Source of the DNA: Phallusia mammillata
Taxonomy: Eukaryota
Direction of reading: 5' to 3'
Length of the DNA: 64,000 nt
Assembly (NCBI GenBank): GCA_965637545.1
Contig: OZ281501.1
Span: forward strand, 13,206,001 to 13,270,000
This document shows, one piece after another, positions 61,401 through 64,000 of this stretch (its first letter is position 1; each line of letters starts with the position of its first letter). Made by a program: the position numbers and the translations under genes. Below the pieces are notes generated by a model. It saw only the letters and a list, made by a program, of their open reading frames with translations, was not told where the DNA came from and ran no database searches.

Positions 61401-62868
61401 TGATTTTTTTGAATTATATGACAATAATGACGCAAAAAGAATACGGACAAAAACATTTAAAGTCAAGTTAATGCTTTGTGAAAAATTTGTCCTTAAGAAT
61501 CTAAAAATAACCGCAACATAGGTTTACCGTAAATCCGCACAAACACGCGTCTGGGGACCCATTCGTTTTTGCTTGCAAAAACAATTGTATATGTAGATCT
61601 AATAATGTGTATAGTAAATTGGTAAATATCGTATAGAATATATAAAATTGAAGTATATCAGAAAGCCACTTTTTTAGTTATTCTTTGGCTGCGAGAAGAA
61701 ATTTTCAGTATATGTATAAAATGGTTTGAAAATTTTTAAACTGAACGATTTCCTATCTCAGAACTATTTTTAAGCAGTTTGTAAGGTTTTTCCATAACCA
61801 TTGTAATTTCAAATGCTGGCCAACTTTGCTGGCCAAAATTGTTAGATAACATTAATGTCAAAATAAGTTATATATACTTATTAAGCTTATTATTGTATTT
61901 CAGTCAGGGGCCTAAAAGAACTAGAAGGTTGACTTAGCACATATTGCCCTTGCACATACACTATAACCTATTTTAAGAGATTAATATATTTCCTACACTT
62001 ATTTTATACTGGGTCCCATATCATCCACTGTCTGTTTAGCCTTGGTTGTTTCTGCAAGCAAAAACTCATGGGTCCCCACACATGCAAAGTTGTAGATAAT
62101 GCATTTCAATAGATAACTATGAATAAGTTTGGTATTGTCATACACAGTGATTGGTACTGTGCATATTTAAATATGCTATATGGAGTACAAACTATTTAAA
62201 TAAAAAAACTCATTTTAGGGGGCTAGTAGGAAACCACAATGACTCAATCAATAGTACTGCAAAATTTCAGTCCAATCTGCCAACATTTAAAATTTCGACC
62301 ACTAGAGGTGTTTTGAGCAACAACCGTTAATGTTTCTGACGTCAAAGGGCTGTTAAGAAACCCCTAACTGCCATGGCACAAAAATAATGTTTATCAAGCA
62401 ATCCACAAACGAGTAACATACAACTGCTTGCCCTTGTAACACTATTGTGCCACAGAATTTTTTTGTTTGTGATGCCCAGTAACATATGTTTATTTGATGA
62501 AAAAATTCATATGTTTATTTGATGACATCTTAAAAGAATAATCTCTTACCTCCAAAATAAAACTAAAACACAACCTTAACAATTTGTATAACCCACAATT
62601 ACTTAGAGTTAAAGTCAGACCTACTTTACTACGCTGCATCCCAGCAAAAAAAAACACCGCTATTGCAAGTTTTAAGTCAAGAGATTTCATTCCCCCGACA
62701 CTGCTTAATAGCCCAATGGGTTTTTAAAGCCATTCACATATTTTATAGGGTTTCGGAGTTGCAGCAAAATCAACAACTGAATGCAGAAGAACTGATCCTA
62801 TGTCCATTGTAGCTTTTCATCAGGCAGACGTTGGTGAATATTTGCGCAATGAAGATTCCCTTACATGA
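58414..62868 (+). CDS. NIP7: 60S ribosome subunit biogenesis protein NIP7; exons 58414-58469, 59202-59427, 59635-59775, 62749-62868 (180 aa)
   Basis: MRPLTEEET...[25 protein letters not shown]...[19 protein letters not shown]...[16 protein letters not shown]. Confidence 0.95.
58747..59003. mobile_element. MITE, 257 bp, in NIP7 intron 1
   Basis: TIR CCAGTCTGCAG...CTGCAGACTGG; perfect 8-bp TSD CTAACAGG. Confidence 0.85.
59883..60357 (+). repeat. Three tandem 158-bp units
   Basis: ACGCTGGTTTGTGAG recurs at 59883, 60041 and 60199 with high identity. Confidence 0.95.
61120..61321 (+). repeat. Tandem duplication of about 103 bp
   Basis: CAAAGTTTAGTGAAAAACAAG... at 61120 and 61223. Confidence 0.9.
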
Positions 62869-63867
62869 GAAGAAGCAACTAATACAAAACTAGTAAGCTT
62901 TTGGTTTTCCTTTATTACAAGCAGAATTACATTATGTCATTGGGCGAGTGAAATAAACTGACTGCATTTAAAAGACCAGTGCACTGTTGTCGTAAGACTG
63001 CAACACAGAAATAATAGGCAAACATTTGCTTGTGTAGAAGACTGGAAACTTCCCACTCGCCACCATGCAGGACCAGATAGCAGCTTCACATATTTTTCTC
63101 AACCAAGCGCACATATAGTAATTGGTTAACAACCGATGTTTTTTTAAGAGCAAACAAAATTAATAAAAAGTAATTAGCAAGAGCGCAAGGAAACAGTAAA
63201 AACAAATAAATTAAAAATATGAACAAAAAATACTCTTGAAAACTTGCGATGGAAAAGCAGGAGCAGCAGTAGTAGTACAACAAGCGTAAGCATTCAAGTA
63301 AAGACATCACCACCGAGGTAAGGTTGTCTTTAAATGCTTCCGAGGAACAAGAAACAAAGTAGAAACAGGTTCAAGGGTCAATGGCTTCCAGTTGCGGAAA
63401 TTGTGTTGAAGCAGGTTTGCGTTGAGAGCAGTCTGTTGCATAGCTCTGCATTATCGCAAGATGATGTGCACAAATCACTTCCTTTAGTTTTGAGCTTTGT
63501 GTCATAATCAGCGCAGAAGGCAGATATTCGGCGGCCTGTAAAAGAAAAAAATATGCTGTTACCAGTGGGACAGAGAAAAGGTAACTTAATGAAGTTGAAC
63601 ATTTTGTACAGGAGTGTGTGAACAAGATGTAGCAATAGTAGAAAAACAAGACCTTAAGGATATAATGTAGATGTTCGGTTAAATCAGACATTACGTACAA
63701 ATGAAATGTGGTAAAGCTATAATTAATCAACATCAGTTAATCCGGACAAATTTTGGGTCCAAGCTGGTCAGGATTAACAGAGGTTTACTGCATGTCCTAA
63801 TGACGAAAAGTTCAGGGTCTACATATTCAAAAACTTAACTTTACGACACTTCATTTACGTACACTTT

Positions 63868-64000
63868 TCACATGTTGTAGGCAACATAGATGGGGTCAAG
63901 CTGGTCTTGCAGGAAACTGTCACGTAAGTGCATCCTCTGTTTTTCGCCCCTTGAATTGATGGGAATCGAACCAGGATCGGCGACGGCAACCACACCGGCG
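63868..64000 (-). CDS. DIP2: Disco-interacting protein 2, C-terminal exon (partial)
   Basis: GVVAVADPGSIPINSRGEKQRMHLRDSFLQDQLDPIYVAYNM* matches the conserved DIP2 C-terminus. Confidence 0.92.
   Translation of the reverse strand, partial: AGVVAVADPGSIPINSRGEKQRMHLRDSFLQDQLDPIYVAYNM

Larger units (their letters stand above)
59814..61584 (+). mobile_element. Helentron-associated interspersed element (HINE/DINE-1-like) in NIP7 intron 3
   Basis: 5' subTIR ATGGGTCCCC overlapping hairpin GTCCCCTT-CCCTG-AAGGGGAC; central 158-bp repeats; 3' subTIR GGGGACCCAT (61553-61562) followed by hairpin GTTTTTGC-TT-GCAAAAAC; TT on both flanks. Confidence 0.7.

Noticed and set aside
58470-62748. Intronic C/D snoRNA in NIP7
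   Set aside because: No properly spaced RUGAUGA/CUGA pair with a terminal stem found by eye.
63958-63972. GGAATCGAACC, a B-box-like motif suggesting tRNA/SINE
   Set aside because: It is the DIP2 coding sequence for PGSIP; no A-box or cloverleaf.

Overview
AT-rich, compact animal genomic DNA with many 60-200 bp GT-AG introns. A tunicate/ascidian-like source is an inference from composition and gene architecture only. Seven consecutive genes lie on the minus strand: a TGF-beta type I (ALK4/5/7-like) receptor ectodomain, an intronless carnitine acetyltransferase, MKK7, whirlin, TFIIB, an alpha-1,3-fucosyltransferase and IVNS1ABP. They are followed by NIP7 (+) and the last exon of DIP2 (-). Introns and spacers are dense in non-autonomous elements: about ten hAT-type MITEs with 8-bp TSDs (two nested), a Harbinger-like element carrying a decayed MADF/Myb gene, and a Helentron/HINE-like element with three 158-bp central repeats. 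The most unusual signal is five dispersed copies, in two families, of minimal Penelope-type hammerhead ribozyme motifs, each individually damaged. All exon boundaries, alignments and protein identities were done by eye from recalled family motifs; no searches were run.
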